DNA of 64,000 bases from the NCBI GenBank assembly GCA_034440515.1, contig JAWXCF010000099.1, forward strand, positions 2,270 to 66,269. The letters are read 5' to 3'. The DNA comes from Bacteroidota bacterium. Lineage in GTDB: Bacteria > Bacteroidota > Bacteroidia > CAILMK01. A program made the translations under genes and the position numbers. The notes beneath the pieces are model-generated. The model saw only the letters and a program-made list of their open reading frames with translations, did not search any database and had not been told where the DNA came from. Within the stretch, counting starts at the first letter, position 1. Every line of letters begins with the position of its first letter. Shown here piece by piece: positions 9,513-20,267 of this stretch.

Positions 9513-11834
9513 ATGCCAAAACAGGCAGAACTTGAGGTAATGTTATTACCTACGCTACAAAATTTAGCTAGAGACTACAAAGTAGCACAATACAGGAAAT
9601 ATAAAAGGCAGGAACTTATTGAAAAAATAATGGAAGCTGCTGCAGATTTAGAGTCAGGTAAGACAGTACCAAAAACTGCGAAAACATCTAAATCCCCAAA
9701 ATCCCTAATAAAGGCTTCAATCGAAAAATTAGCGAATGCTAGCGATTCAAATGAAAATGTTTCTCAACAAGTAAAATCTGAAACTATTCAAAATGAAAGC
9801 GGAGATAATGGTGCTGATGATAATCAAAATATTGCACTTGTGAGGAAAAGAACGGTAAAGGTTTCAGAAAAAACGGCAAATTATAGCACTGATGCTAAAA
9901 CAAAGCCAGGGAAACGCGAACAAGTTGAATCTAGTAAGGAGGAGCAAGCTGTTGAAGTTAGACAGATAGAGAAAGTACCTGTTGCAGAACAAACTGTAGA
10001 AAATAGTGAAGTATCTAAAGCTGATGAAGCTGAAACACCACAGACACCATCTACTGTAAGACCCCTAAGGAACGACGCAGAAAGGCTAACTAATGCATTA
10101 AGACGAAATTTTAGGGAAGGGCAGCGTGCAGAAGGCAATGATAGAAATCAGGACAGATTTAATAGTCAACATAATTCTTTCGAGCAAAGAAATGAACAGA
10201 ATGCTCAACAGCCTGTAGAGAATAAAGTAGAAGGACAGGAGAAAAGATCAGAATTTCGCTCTGATTTTAGACAGGAGTCTAGACCTGAGGGAAGAACGGA
10301 CAATAGGCAGGATTCAAGACCAGAGGGCAGAATAGACAATAGGCAAGAGGCAAGGCAGGATGGTAGAGTTGATAATAGGCAAGAACCAAGACTAGAGGGT
10401 AGAATAGATAATAGGCAAGAACCAAGACCAGAGGATAGAATAGACAATAGGCAGGAGCCTAGACCAGAGGGCAGAATAGACAATAGGCAAGAGCCAAGGC
10501 AGGATGGTAGAGTTGATAATAGGCAAGAACCAAGGCAAGATTCAAGATTTCCTCAAAATAGAAATGAAAATCAACGTGGTGACGGCAACATTACTCAACG
10601 CAGACCAAACCCAAATCTAGACCGTCAACCTAATCGCCCCGTTAACGCACAAGAAAGCAGACCAAGTAATCCTAATCAGTTTAGGCAAAACGCAGCCCCA
10701 GTAGTACCAGAGTTTGAAATTCCAGTAATAGCAGAGGGAGTGGTAGAAATAATACAAGATGGCTACGGCTTTATGCGTAGTAGTGACTATAACTATATGC
10801 CATCTCCTGACGACGTGTACGTATCTCCTTCGCAAATTAAATTATTTGGATTACGAACAGGTGATACAGTTGAGGGAAGCATACGCCCACCTAAAGAGGG
10901 AGAAAAATACTTTGCATTAACTAAAGTAGATAGAATAAACGGTAGGATACCAGCAGAGGTGCGTGATAGAATTGGCTTCGAGCATTTAACGCCATTATTC
11001 CCACAAGAGAAATTAAACTTATTTACTAAGTCTGATCAGGTCAGCACCAGAATAATAGACTTATTTAGCCCTATAGGTAAGGGGCAAAGGGGACTAATAG
11101 TTGCACAACCTAAAACGGGTAAAACAATATTGTTGCAACAAATAGCTAATGCTATAGCTACCAATCACCCTGAGGTGTATATGATCATCTTACTAATAGA
11201 TGAGCGCCCAGAGGAAGTTACAGATATGCAACGAAATGTAAATGCTGAAGTAATAAGCTCAACATTTGATGAGCCTGCAGAGAAACACGTTCGTATAGCT
11301 AACATTATACTAGAGAAAGCAAAAAGACTGGTTGAATGTGGACACGATGTTGTTATATTATTAGATAGCATAACTAGGTTAGCTAGAGCATATAATACAA
11401 CTGCACCAGCAAGTGGTAAAATATTATCAGGTGGTGTCGATAGCAATGCGTTGCACAAACCTAAGCGTTTCTTTGGGGCAGCTAGAAATGTAGAAAATGG
11501 AGGGTCGCTTACCATAATCGCTACTGCACTGACAGAAACTGGTAGCAAAATGGATGAAGTTATATTTGAGGAGTTTAAAGGTACCGGTAATATGGAGTTA
11601 CAACTAGACAGGAAATTAGCTAATAAGCGTATTTACCCTGCCATAGATGTTCCAGCCAGTAGCACTCGTCGTGAAGACCTTTTGATTAGCAAAGATAAAT
11701 TGCAGAAAATATGGATATTGCGTAAGTATTTAAGCGATATGAATCCAGAGGAGGCTATGAGCGAATTGAATAAAAGAATGGGCAATACCCTAAGTAATGA
11801 CGAGTTCTTAGTAAGTATGAATAGTAGTAAATAG
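9513..11834 (+). CDS. rho: Transcription termination factor Rho with a large N-terminal low-complexity insertion domain
   Basis: Rho N-terminus ([39 protein letters not shown]). RNA-binding/CSD region ([37 protein letters not shown]). ATPase core ([19 protein letters not shown]..., [13 protein letters not shown]). About 350 aa of K/E/Q/R/N-rich insertion lies between these parts. Confidence 0.92.
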   Translation: MPKQAELEVMLLPTLQNLARDYKVAQYRKYKRQELIEKIMEAAADLESGKTVPKTAKTSKSPKSLIKASIEKLANASDSNENVSQQVKSETIQNESGDNGADDNQNIALVRKRTVKVSEKTANYSTDAKTKPGKREQVESSKEEQAVEVRQIEKVPVAEQTVENSEVSKADEAETPQTPSTVRPLRNDAERLTNALRRNFREGQRAEGNDRNQDRFNSQHNSFEQRNEQNAQQPVENKVEGQEKRSEFRSDFRQESRPEGRTDNRQDSRPEGRIDNRQEARQDGRVDNRQEPRLEGRIDNRQEPRPEDRIDNRQEPRPEGRIDNRQEPRQDGRVDNRQEPRQDSRFPQNRNENQRGDGNITQRRPNPNLDRQPNRPVNAQESRPSNPNQFRQNAAPVVPEFEIPVIAEGVVEIIQDGYGFMRSSDYNYMPSPDDVYVSPSQIKLFGLRTGDTVEGSIRPPKEGEKYFALTKVDRINGRIPAEVRDRIGFEHLTPLFPQEKLNLFTKSDQVSTRIIDLFSPIGKGQRGLIVAQPKTGKTILLQQIANAIATNHPEVYMIILLIDERPEEVTDMQRNVNAEVISSTFDEPAEKHVRIANIILEKAKRLVECGHDVVILLDSITRLARAYNTTAPASGKILSGGVDSNALHKPKRFFGAARNVENGGSLTIIATALTETGSKMDEVIFEEFKGTGNMELQLDRKLANKRIYPAIDVPASSTRREDLLISKDKLQKIWILRKYLSDMNPEEAMSELNKRMGNTLSNDEFLVSMNSSK
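10285..10545 (+). repeat. 36-nt in-frame tandem repeats (about 8 copies) encoding (R/G)xDNRQExRxEG units inside the rho insertion domain
   Basis: Seen directly: gacaataggcaagagccaaggcaggatggtagagtt and variants repeat. The protein reads ...[87 protein letters not shown]. Confidence 0.85.
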
Positions 11835-11850
11835 GTTTTGCTACAACCAC

Positions 11851-14829
11851 TTAACTAAATAGAATATCAATATCTTCTGTACTTAAACCTTGGTCAAACC
11901 CAGTATTGGTTTGTATTAAATCAAAACTTAGTTTGGCCTTGCGTTCTTGTAGTAACAGTATTTTCTCCTCAACCGTATTTTTGGTGATGAACTTGTAGGC
12001 AAATACCTTTTTGTCTTGACCAATTCTGTGGGCACGATTTATTGCTTGTTTCTCAGTAGCAGGGTTCCACCAAGGGTCACACATAAACACATAGTCAGCT
12101 TCTGTTAGGTTCAGTCCGACACCGCCAGCCTTTAGTGAAATTAAGAAAATAGGCTTATCATTGCCCGATGCTTTGAAATTTTCTATTTCTTGTTGTCTAT
12201 ATCTGCTTTGACCAGTTAAATAGTTATAGGCATAACCTTTTTCAGTTAGCCAATCTCTGATAAGATCTAGGTGCTTTACGAATTGACTGAATACTAAAAT
12301 TCTGTGATTTTTAGAGATTATATTTTCTAGATTGGCAGTAATGTCTTGAAATTTTCCACTTGATCCTTCATAACTATTATCAGCTAGGTAAGGGTGATTG
12401 GCAATTTGTCTGAGCTGCATTAATCCCTTCAATATCATAAACCTAGAGCTGTTAGGTATACCCTGACCTGATTTGTCAAATATTATTTTTCTATATTGAT
12501 TTCGAACCAATTCGTAGCGCATTGCCTGTTCTGGTTCCATTTCACTAAAGTAAATTTTCTCGGTCAACTCAGGTAAATCTTTGGCGACTTGGTCTTTCGT
12601 CCGTCTTAATATAAATGGATGTATTAGAGCTTTAAGTTTATTTTTTTTAACTTCATTGTTTTTTTTCTCTATTGGGTTTACAAATTCATCTTTAAAATAC
12701 CTGTAACTGCCTAACATTCCTGGATTTAAGAAGCTCATTTGCGACCATAAATCTATTAAACTATTCTCTATAGGAGTACCACTTAGGGTTAATTTGTGCA
12801 TAGCCTTAAGCTTTTTAACTGCTTGACTTACTTTTGCTACTGGGTTTTTTATTACTTGACTTTCATCTAAAATGACGTAATTAAATTGCATTTTGCTCAA
12901 TTTATCAATATCATTTCTTACTGCACCATAGGTAGTAAGTATCACATCAGAATACTTGAATCTGTGTATATTGTCGTGCCTATCTGTTCCAGTATATGTA
13001 AGTATTTTTAAGTCTGGGGCCCATTTCTTTATCTCAAAGTACCAGTTGTGTATTAGTGAGGTAGGCATCACTATAAGAGTAGGTATGGTTTTAATTATGG
13101 TTATGCCATCGGGTTCTAATAGCTCGCTGTCATTCTTATCTATAAAGTTTTCTACGCCAACTAATTCTGGTTTTGCTACAGTATTTTGCTCTTTTATACT
13201 GGTCAGCAGGGCTAATGTTTGTATGGTTTTACCCAATCCCATATCATCAGCTAAGCACCCACCGAATCTATTATCTTTTAGGTAATTCAGCCAGTTGAAG
13301 CCTTCGATTTGATAAGGTCTAAGTATTGAACGGTATTGAACTGGGAGTTCGGTATTTATATCAGGCTTACTCAACTCCCTGTATTTCAAGTAAAAATTCT
13401 TATCTGGTATTGCTTGCTTTACTTTAGGGTTAATTAGATTATCTAACAGACTGTAATGATGCCGTTTAATTGACATATTATTTCCTGAGCTTTGACTTAA
13501 CGTCATCAATTCACGATAATGTACGAACCATTCCTCTGGTATTATAGCTAGGGTACCGTCAGGCAATGGGAATTCAGATATTTGCTCTAGTATATATTTC
13601 TTCAGTTGGATAAAAGGAACTGAAAAATTTCCAAATTGTACATAAGCTTCAATATCAAACCAGTCTTGTTTTTCCTCTATTGATATGTTTAAGCTAATTT
13701 TTCCTAAGAAGTATTTATTTACATCTTCATCTTGCCTTATTTCTACTCCATTCTCGCTCAGCTTATCCTTATTATCATTTAACCAAGTGATAATGTTATA
13801 GCTACTTTGATTTGGGTTAATACTTGTTGGTTCCCATTGGGCACCAGATATGTGTTTTAGATGAAATTCCTTTAGCAAATCTGTAAATGAATTCTCTATT
13901 GCTTTTTGTCTATTTATTTTATAGTAAATGTATTCATCATCTTTATCACGTACCATTTTTACTTGTACAGCTTTGGTATCAGATGCAGGAATTAACTCAT
14001 TTTGATAATTGAAATATAGTGTTAAAGCTGGCTTTCCTGTCCAGTTTAGGTCAAGTTTGAGTATTGCCTTTGGTGTTACATTTACATTTATTATATCGAA
14101 ACCCTTACTAATAACTGTGTGATTTTCAATAAGAGAGGTTATGAATTTTCTATAATATAGCGGTTCAGATTCTCGCTTAATTTGTATGCACCACTTTGTG
14201 AAAAAAGGCTGTAATTTTTTGCCATCCATTTCACTACTAAACTTATAAACTTGATCTTCAACTAATAAAACACAAGGTTTTGTTACTATTACTTCTGGCT
14301 CTTTATTTAGCAGCGATATCGTTTCGTCTAGTATTCGGAATGTGGGGTAGTAGCGTGTGCCTTCCTCGTCTCTAACAAAGTGAAAATGAGTTGTTACAGG
14401 CTCATCATTTAAATTTAGCAGCGATTGTGCAGGGTTACCACTTTTACCCATTACATATATTTGCTTATCAGAAAGTAATTCAAATATGCTAACCAGTTTT
14501 TGCTCTATGTATGGTCTAATAGCCTCTTCCAATAGCTTAGGGGTCAAAAACCTAGCCATAAACTCGTCAGGTTTTATTTCTTTCTTGCTAAATTTCTTGG
14601 TTATTTCCTTATCGCTATATTCTGCAATTAAGTGAATTAGGCCAATATCTGCATCATTTAATTGCTCATTAAAATCGGGAATATTAATTGGATTAACTCG
14701 CTGATAAGTCAAGCTTAATGTATCATTAGCAGTTAATTGCACAGCAAATACTTCCACTAAGGGACCTAACTTATTTCCAGTTAATAGACTGTAAACTATT
14801 TGATAACTTTTATCTGTATCTACTCGCAC
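11851..14829 (-). CDS. SNF2-family (SWI2/SNF2, RapA/HepA-like) DEAD/DEAH-box helicase with a 500-aa uncharacterised N-terminal region
   Basis: Helicase motifs are present: GCLADDMGLGKTIQTLAL (motif I), ILDESQVIKNP (DExx box), and the C-terminal helicase domain ...QAINRAHRIGQ. Total length is 992 aa. Confidence 0.85.
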   Translation of the reverse strand: MRVDTDKSYQIVYSLLTGNKLGPLVEVFAVQLTANDTLSLTYQRVNPINIPDFNEQLNDADIGLIHLIAEYSDKEITKKFSKKEIKPDEFMARFLTPKLLEEAIRPYIEQKLVSIFELLSDKQIYVMGKSGNPAQSLLNLNDEPVTTHFHFVRDEEGTRYYPTFRILDETISLLNKEPEVIVTKPCVLLVEDQVYKFSSEMDGKKLQPFFTKWCIQIKRESEPLYYRKFITSLIENHTVISKGFDIINVNVTPKAILKLDLNWTGKPALTLYFNYQNELIPASDTKAVQVKMVRDKDDEYIYYKINRQKAIENSFTDLLKEFHLKHISGAQWEPTSINPNQSSYNIITWLNDNKDKLSENGVEIRQDEDVNKYFLGKISLNISIEEKQDWFDIEAYVQFGNFSVPFIQLKKYILEQISEFPLPDGTLAIIPEEWFVHYRELMTLSQSSGNNMSIKRHHYSLLDNLINPKVKQAIPDKNFYLKYRELSKPDINTELPVQYRSILRPYQIEGFNWLNYLKDNRFGGCLADDMGLGKTIQTLALLTSIKEQNTVAKPELVGVENFIDKNDSELLEPDGITIIKTIPTLIVMPTSLIHNWYFEIKKWAPDLKILTYTGTDRHDNIHRFKYSDVILTTYGAVRNDIDKLSKMQFNYVILDESQVIKNPVAKVSQAVKKLKAMHKLTLSGTPIENSLIDLWSQMSFLNPGMLGSYRYFKDEFVNPIEKKNNEVKKNKLKALIHPFILRRTKDQVAKDLPELTEKIYFSEMEPEQAMRYELVRNQYRKIIFDKSGQGIPNSSRFMILKGLMQLRQIANHPYLADNSYEGSSGKFQDITANLENIISKNHRILVFSQFVKHLDLIRDWLTEKGYAYNYLTGQSRYRQQEIENFKASGNDKPIFLISLKAGGVGLNLTEADYVFMCDPWWNPATEKQAINRAHRIGQDKKVFAYKFITKNTVEEKILLLQERKAKLSFDLIQTNTGFDQGLSTEDIDILFS

Positions 14830-14925
14830 TGTACCTGAATTTTAGACAATAATTATCAAAGGTACGGCAGTATGTAGTTACGAATGGGTTTAAAAAAAAG
14901 TATAGTTGAAATTGATAAAAGGCTT

Positions 14926-15711
14926 CTAATTTTCTACTGTGCCTTCAAATACAAATTGGGCAGAGCCACATAGCCATACATCAGTGAAATCTATTGTATT
15001 AGCTGTGAACAATATTTGTAGAAGGCCACCTACTACTTTTACTTTAACTTTATGTTTACCCTCTGTATTGTTATAACTGCGATGATAAGATAAAGCTGAT
15101 GCAACTGCGCCAGTTCCACAACTCAGGGTTTCGTCCTCTACACCACGTTCGTATGTTCTAATAGAAATTGAGTCTTGCCCCAAAACTTGTACAAAATTTA
15201 CATTAATGCCATCTTGCTTAAATTTATCATTATACCTAATTAATCCAGCTTCGCTAATAAGCTGAAAGTCTGCCACATTGTTTACAAATTTTACATAATG
15301 TGGTGAGCCAGTATTTAGTATTAAATCTTCACCAAATAACTGAATATTGCTTAGGTCTTTCATTTTTAACTCAACTATTCCATCCCAAATGTTGGCTGTA
15401 TGTTCACCGTCTATGGCTGTAAACGAACAGGTTTCTCTTATTAAGTTGTTTCGTTCTGCAAATGCGACTATACATCTGCCGCCATTACCGCACATTGTAC
15501 TTTCTTTACCATCGCTATTGTAATACACCATCTTGAAATCGCTTCCTTCAACATTCTGTAACAAAATGAGCCCATCTGCTCCTATGCCAAACTGTCTATT
15601 GCACAATTTCTCTATCAGCAATTGATTATCAGCCGGAAAATTAAACTCCCGATCATCTATGATTATAAAATCATTACCAGTACCTTGATACTTACTAAAT
15701 GCAATACTCAT
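14926..15711 (-). CDS. dapF: Diaminopimelate epimerase
   Basis: MSIAFSKYQGTGNDFIIID...MCGNGGRC...GTGAVASA are the DapF active-site Cys motifs. Confidence 0.88.
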   Translation of the reverse strand: MSIAFSKYQGTGNDFIIIDDREFNFPADNQLLIEKLCNRQFGIGADGLILLQNVEGSDFKMVYYNSDGKESTMCGNGGRCIVAFAERNNLIRETCSFTAIDGEHTANIWDGIVELKMKDLSNIQLFGEDLILNTGSPHYVKFVNNVADFQLISEAGLIRYNDKFKQDGINVNFVQVLGQDSISIRTYERGVEDETLSCGTGAVASALSYHRSYNNTEGKHKVKVKVVGGLLQILFTANTIDFTDVWLCGSAQFVFEGTVEN

Positions 15712-16601
15712 AATCCAAATTTTGACCTAATCATTTGTTTTGTTATCGGAAGTAACATTTGTTGAGATTGAGTTTTCTGCAAGTTGTAAAGTTTTTTATC
15801 GTTCGTAATTAAGAACAAATCATTGTTTATACCATTTACAAATTTTTCTACTTCTGTCTCTCTAATCCCTGTTAATATCAAATCTGCCCCTGTATATACA
15901 TAAGCAGGGTTATTGCCTGGTTTGAAAGTGACTTTCAATTTTTGTGCTGGTTTCTGGCTACCTAGTTTGTTTCCAGAATTCAGTGAGCTTATCTCATCTA
16001 TTACAAATTCATTTTCCGTTATTATAGGTGCACTAGTCGTGGTCATTTTTTTATTTACCACCATTTGGGTATCTAATCCATTGGCATTTTCAATTGCAAC
16101 ATATTGGTCATTTTTATTTGTCTTATCTATTTCTTCTATATTTCTGTTTAAATCTTTTTTGCGGTTAATTGCAAGGTTTTCTTGCTTTTCTTTTTCATTG
16201 TCTTGTGGGTTGTATACCTTTTGTTTATTTTCTAAAGTATCAATTGGTTTGTCATTTGATAACATTTCAATAGTAGGAGTTATGCCACGATTGCTGTAAA
16301 TGATGACACTTAAACCTAATAGAACCAAAACGCTAGCAGCAAGACTTAAATATTTATTCTTAGCCCACCAAGAGGAATTTATATTTTTAGATTCTGAAGC
16401 AGAAGTCTTTAGGTAAGTCCTAAGATCTTGCCTTTTAGTTGATGCTATTATGTTAATTATTTCTCTATTTATTTCTACTTCTTTGGCTAAATTATCATCA
16501 TTATTTATCTGACGTTCAAAGGATTCTCTATCAACTTGAGACATATTTCCCAAAAGATAGTTTTCTATTTGCTCGTCTCTATAAGTATTAGTTTCTTCCA
16601 T
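15708..16601 (-). CDS. Putative anti-sigma factor (single TM, N-terminal cytoplasmic anti-sigma-like region)
   Basis: Encoded 12 nt downstream of an ECF sigma gene. The N-terminus IENYLLGNMSQVDRESFERQINNDDNLAKEVE resembles Bacteroidota anti-sigma N-domains. There is one TM segment (YLSLAASVLVLLGLSVIIY). The stop overlaps the dapF start by 4 nt. Confidence 0.5.
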   Translation of the reverse strand: MEETNTYRDEQIENYLLGNMSQVDRESFERQINNDDNLAKEVEINREIINIIASTKRQDLRTYLKTSASESKNINSSWWAKNKYLSLAASVLVLLGLSVIIYSNRGITPTIEMLSNDKPIDTLENKQKVYNPQDNEKEKQENLAINRKKDLNRNIEEIDKTNKNDQYVAIENANGLDTQMVVNKKMTTTSAPIITENEFVIDEISSLNSGNKLGSQKPAQKLKVTFKPGNNPAYVYTGADLILTGIRETEVEKFVNGINNDLFLITNDKKLYNLQKTQSQQMLLPITKQMIRSKFGL

Positions 16602-16612
16602 TTTTTTTATAA

Positions 16613-17200
16613 TTATTGTAGCAAGTCTTGAGCAGAGTATTGAGCCTTAACCAATTCTTCTAGTTTCTTTTTGCATTGATATTTTTTTGCCTTTGCAGTT
16701 TGAGCATTAGCAAAGTTTAACTGAGCGGCAATTTTCTCCATATCCATCTTTTCATAGTAAAATAGGGTTAGTAACTGTTTACAGGTTTCACCTATTTTGT
16801 TCATAAAGTCAGATACTATTGTCGCATTGTCATCACTGTAGTCGGGCGTATTGTCAGCCAAATGACTGTAATGATCTTCCTCAAAACTATGACTAACCAT
16901 TCTTCCCATTTTTCTCAACGTTTTTAACCATAAATTTTTGCTTATGGCGAAAATGTATGTATCTAATTTAGCTGTCAATTGAAAATCGGTGTTACGTACC
17001 TTTTCCCATACTATTATTAGACTCTCCTGTAGCAAATCTTCAGCATCGGATTGATCACCTTGATTTCTAGTAACGTAAGCCCTAATCGTGGACAAATTGC
17101 GTTTTTGCAACAATATCAACATCTTCTGATCTCCCTTTTTCAATTGGTTAATAATCAAATCGTCTGATAAATCTCTATCTGAAATAATTTGAGTTGACAT
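16613..17200 (-). CDS. ECF-type RNA polymerase sigma-70 family factor
   Basis: Region 2 (LLQESLIIVWEKVRNTDFQLTAKLDTYIFAISKNLWLKTLRK) and a region 4 HTH (TCKQLLTLFYYEKMDMEKIAAQLNFANAQTAKAKKYQCKKKL). Length is 195 aa. Confidence 0.75.
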   Translation of the reverse strand: MSTQIISDRDLSDDLIINQLKKGDQKMLILLQKRNLSTIRAYVTRNQGDQSDAEDLLQESLIIVWEKVRNTDFQLTAKLDTYIFAISKNLWLKTLRKMGRMVSHSFEEDHYSHLADNTPDYSDDNATIVSDFMNKIGETCKQLLTLFYYEKMDMEKIAAQLNFANAQTAKAKKYQCKKKLEELVKAQYSAQDLLQ

Positions 17201-17290
17201 TTATACCTGAAATAAAAATAAAGTAAATAGTTTTCTATGATTTATTCTCTTATTCTAAACAAATGCTACGGCATAAGTTTTGTAAAATAA

Positions 17291-18748
17291 GTGTTTAAAC
17301 AACGCATAATAACGGATAACAAATATATGTTAAACTCAAAGAATTTTTGGACAATGCTGCTGGCCCTTTTGGTGGGCAGCGCAATAACTTTTGGGGCGAT
17401 AAAGTATTTTTCTGAGGGAAATTTAAATTCTCGTTCAGGCGAATTATTTACGGTACCAGCTAAATATGACATTAAGACAGTGACGGTACCCAATTTCGAT
17501 TTTACTGATGTTAGTGAAATGGTGATGCAAACTGTAGTGCATATTAAAACTACTATGTCAAGTACCGAAGAGGAAGATCCATTCAGAAAAAGATACCTAG
17601 ATGACGGCCCTGTAGAGGGTAGTGGAAGTGGTGTAATAATAAGTGGAGATGGCTACATTGTTACCAATAACCACGTGGTAAATGGAGCTACTAAGATTGA
17701 AGTGGTTTTAAATGACAAGCGTAGCTATGTGGGCGATGTAATAGGTACAGATCCAAATACTGATATGGCACTAATTAAGATAGAAGCAACGCAATTAGTT
17801 CCTATTAAAATAGGTAATAGCAATGATGTTAAAGTAGGGCAATGGGTATTGGCAGTAGGTAATCCTTTTAACCTAACCAGCACCGTAACAGCAGGTATAG
17901 TTAGTGCTAAGGGTAGAAACATAAGACTATTAGGTGGTGGAACAGCAATTGAGTCATTCATTCAAACTGATGCTGCTGTTAATCCCGGAAACAGTGGTGG
18001 TGCTTTAGTAAATGTAAAAGGTGAATTAGTTGGGATTAATACTGCTATTGCGTCTCAAACTGGTTCGTTTGCAGGTTATAGTTTCGCAGTGCCAGCTAAT
18101 CTTATGAAAAAGGTAATTGAGGACATTAAAAAATATGGCGAAGTGCAACGTGGATTTATCGGAGTCCAAATAGATGATGTTGACGATAAAATAGCCAAAG
18201 AAAAATCTCTAGACAAACCCAAAGGTGTTTTAGTAAGAGAAATTCAAGATAATGGCGCTGCAGATGAGGCAGGTATGAAGAAAGGCGATATTATAGATAT
18301 GATAGACGATGTTTCTGTAAATAGTGTAGCTGAATTGCAAGAAGTAATTGGAAGTCATAGACCCGGAGATGTATTGAAAATTTCAGCTTTTAGAAACGGT
18401 AAAGAACTTTTATTTAACATTAAACTGCGTGGTAAAGACAATTCTTCTACACTAAATACAACCAAATCTGAATTTAAAAAGAAAGTACAAATAACTACAG
18501 AGCCCATAAATGAAGAATTGAAGAGGAAGTACAAACTGGGTAATGGTGTGAAAGTCGTAAAAATAGAGGGTACAGCTTTTGAAAATGCAGGAATTAAGAA
18601 AGGGTATATCATTGTATCATTAGACAAACAAAGAGTGTTCACTAATGCTGATATTTACAAAATATTAGAAGATAAAAAAGGCGGGATCTTAATGGAAGTA
18701 TATAATAACGAAGGTAAAAAAGAATATAAAGTTATAGAGATGGACTAA
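17291..18748 (+). CDS. htrA: HtrA/DegP-family periplasmic serine protease with two PDZ domains
   Basis: Catalytic triad context (IVTNNHVV, ...D..., GNSGGALVN) followed by two PDZ-like regions. It is divergent from the ECF sigma gene. An alternative start at MLNSKNFW is possible. Confidence 0.88.
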   Translation: MFKQRIITDNKYMLNSKNFWTMLLALLVGSAITFGAIKYFSEGNLNSRSGELFTVPAKYDIKTVTVPNFDFTDVSEMVMQTVVHIKTTMSSTEEEDPFRKRYLDDGPVEGSGSGVIISGDGYIVTNNHVVNGATKIEVVLNDKRSYVGDVIGTDPNTDMALIKIEATQLVPIKIGNSNDVKVGQWVLAVGNPFNLTSTVTAGIVSAKGRNIRLLGGGTAIESFIQTDAAVNPGNSGGALVNVKGELVGINTAIASQTGSFAGYSFAVPANLMKKVIEDIKKYGEVQRGFIGVQIDDVDDKIAKEKSLDKPKGVLVREIQDNGAADEAGMKKGDIIDMIDDVSVNSVAELQEVIGSHRPGDVLKISAFRNGKELLFNIKLRGKDNSSTLNTTKSEFKKKVQITTEPINEELKRKYKLGNGVKVVKIEGTAFENAGIKKGYIIVSLDKQRVFTNADIYKILEDKKGGILMEVYNNEGKKEYKVIEMD

Positions 18749-18764
18749 GATCGCTCAAATACTT

Positions 18765-18808
18765 ATAATCATAGGGTTCGTAGTTTAACAGCTTCGGACC
18801 TTTTTTTT
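18765..18808 (+). terminator. Candidate rho-independent terminator of htrA
   Basis: GGTTCG...CGGACC stem (one G-U pair, 14-nt loop) followed by T8 (18801-18808), 17 nt after the htrA stop. The loop is long, so confidence is moderate. Confidence 0.4.
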
Positions 18809-18814
18809 GCCCAT

Positions 18815-20188
18815 TTACAACTCAAATATTTGATAAAGTAGATCGCTAAGTTGATGAGCGTGAATGATCTTAATCTTTTGAAATTTATTGTTGATGCTTT
18901 TTAAATTATAGCTGCTAATGCAAGCATATTTGAAACCTAATTTTTCCGCTTCGGCTAGCCTTTGATCAATTCTACTTACCGGGCGAATTTCACCACTTAG
19001 TCCTAATTCACCAGCAAAGCAATAATCTGTACCAACAGGTTGATCTAAATAGCTAGATACCATAGCAATAGCAACTGCTAAATCTATGGCTGGGTCTTCA
19101 GGTCGTAGGCCTCCCGCTATATTTACAAATACGTCCGCCATACCTAGGGTAATTCTACATCGTTTCTCTAGCACAGCTAATATCATATTCATTCGCTTGG
19201 CATCGTAACCATTGCTGTTTCGCTGCGGTGTACCATAAGCAGATGAACTAATTAAACTTTGAATCTCTATTAGAAAATTTCTATTACCCTCTAACATACA
19301 GCTTATTGCAATCCCACTTATTGGGTCTTGCCTTAGTGTTAGCAGCATTTCGCTGGGATTAGTAACTTCAGTTAGTCCCATATCTGTCATTTCATACAGT
19401 CCTAACTCAGCAATACTGCCAAACCTATTTTTCATTGTCCGCATTATTCTATAGGTATAATGTCTGTCACCTTCAAAATACAATACCGTATCTACCATAT
19501 GCTCTAGCAGTTTGGGACCAGCTATACTGCCATCTTTGGTGATATGGCCTACCAATATCACGGCAATATTTCGTTTTTTGGCTATCTTTATAATTTCTGC
19601 TGTACAGTCTCTTATTTGGCTAACTGTACCAGGGGCTGCATCTAGTTTTATGCTGCTTATGGTTTGAATGGAGTCAATAATTAATAAATCCGGTTGGTCC
19701 AACTCTGCTGTATTTAGTAGCATTTCAAGTTGAGTATCTGTGGTTACTTTCAGATTATCAGTTGGGTTGCCTATGCGCTCTGCTCTTAATTTTATTTGCT
19801 CTAGGCTTTCCTCGCCGCTTACATATAGAATGTCTAGGCTAGGATTTTCAAGACCTAGCTTTAATAATATAGTACTCTTTCCTATGCCTGGTTCACCACC
19901 TAGTAATATGACTGAACCTGGTACCAAGCCACCACCCAATACTCTGTTTAACTCATTGTCGCTCAGCAGAATTCTATTTACTTTTTGTCCATCTACTTCT
20001 GTTATAGCTATACTTTGACTTCCTTTTCTCTTAATGCTGTTTAAGGCCCTATCTGTTGTAGCAGTTTGTGCTACTGATACTTCCTCTACCAGACTGTTCC
20101 AACTGTTACAGGCAGGGCATTTACCCATCCATTTGGGCGCAGAGGCACCACATTGTTGACAGACAAATATTATTTTAGATTTTGCCAT
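18815..20188 (-). CDS. radA: DNA repair protein RadA/Sms
   Basis: N-terminal zinc ribbon (CQQCGASAPKWMGKCPACNSWNS), RecA-like ATPase (GGEPGIGKSTILL), and a C-terminal Lon-like domain. Confidence 0.9.
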   Translation of the reverse strand: MAKSKIIFVCQQCGASAPKWMGKCPACNSWNSLVEEVSVAQTATTDRALNSIKRKGSQSIAITEVDGQKVNRILLSDNELNRVLGGGLVPGSVILLGGEPGIGKSTILLKLGLENPSLDILYVSGEESLEQIKLRAERIGNPTDNLKVTTDTQLEMLLNTAELDQPDLLIIDSIQTISSIKLDAAPGTVSQIRDCTAEIIKIAKKRNIAVILVGHITKDGSIAGPKLLEHMVDTVLYFEGDRHYTYRIMRTMKNRFGSIAELGLYEMTDMGLTEVTNPSEMLLTLRQDPISGIAISCMLEGNRNFLIEIQSLISSSAYGTPQRNSNGYDAKRMNMILAVLEKRCRITLGMADVFVNIAGGLRPEDPAIDLAVAIAMVSSYLDQPVGTDYCFAGELGLSGEIRPVSRIDQRLAEAEKLGFKYACISSYNLKSINNKFQKIKIIHAHQLSDLLYQIFEL

Positions 20189-20267
20189 AAGCTATTTGCC
20201 AAAATTATTCAATTGAATTGATTGGCAACAGCAAATAATGAAAATAGTAGGGTAGAGGTTTAGTCTT

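Noticed and set aside
10205-10483. 92-aa minus-strand ORF ([14 protein letters not shown] repeats)
   Set aside because: It is antisense to the rho 36-nt repeat array. It is a repeat artefact, not a gene.
11851-14829. SNF2 helicase as a phage-defence (DISARM/Zorya-like) component
   Set aside because: There are no adjacent methyltransferase, PLD nuclease, DUF1998 or other defence partners. The flanking genes are rho and dapF (housekeeping).
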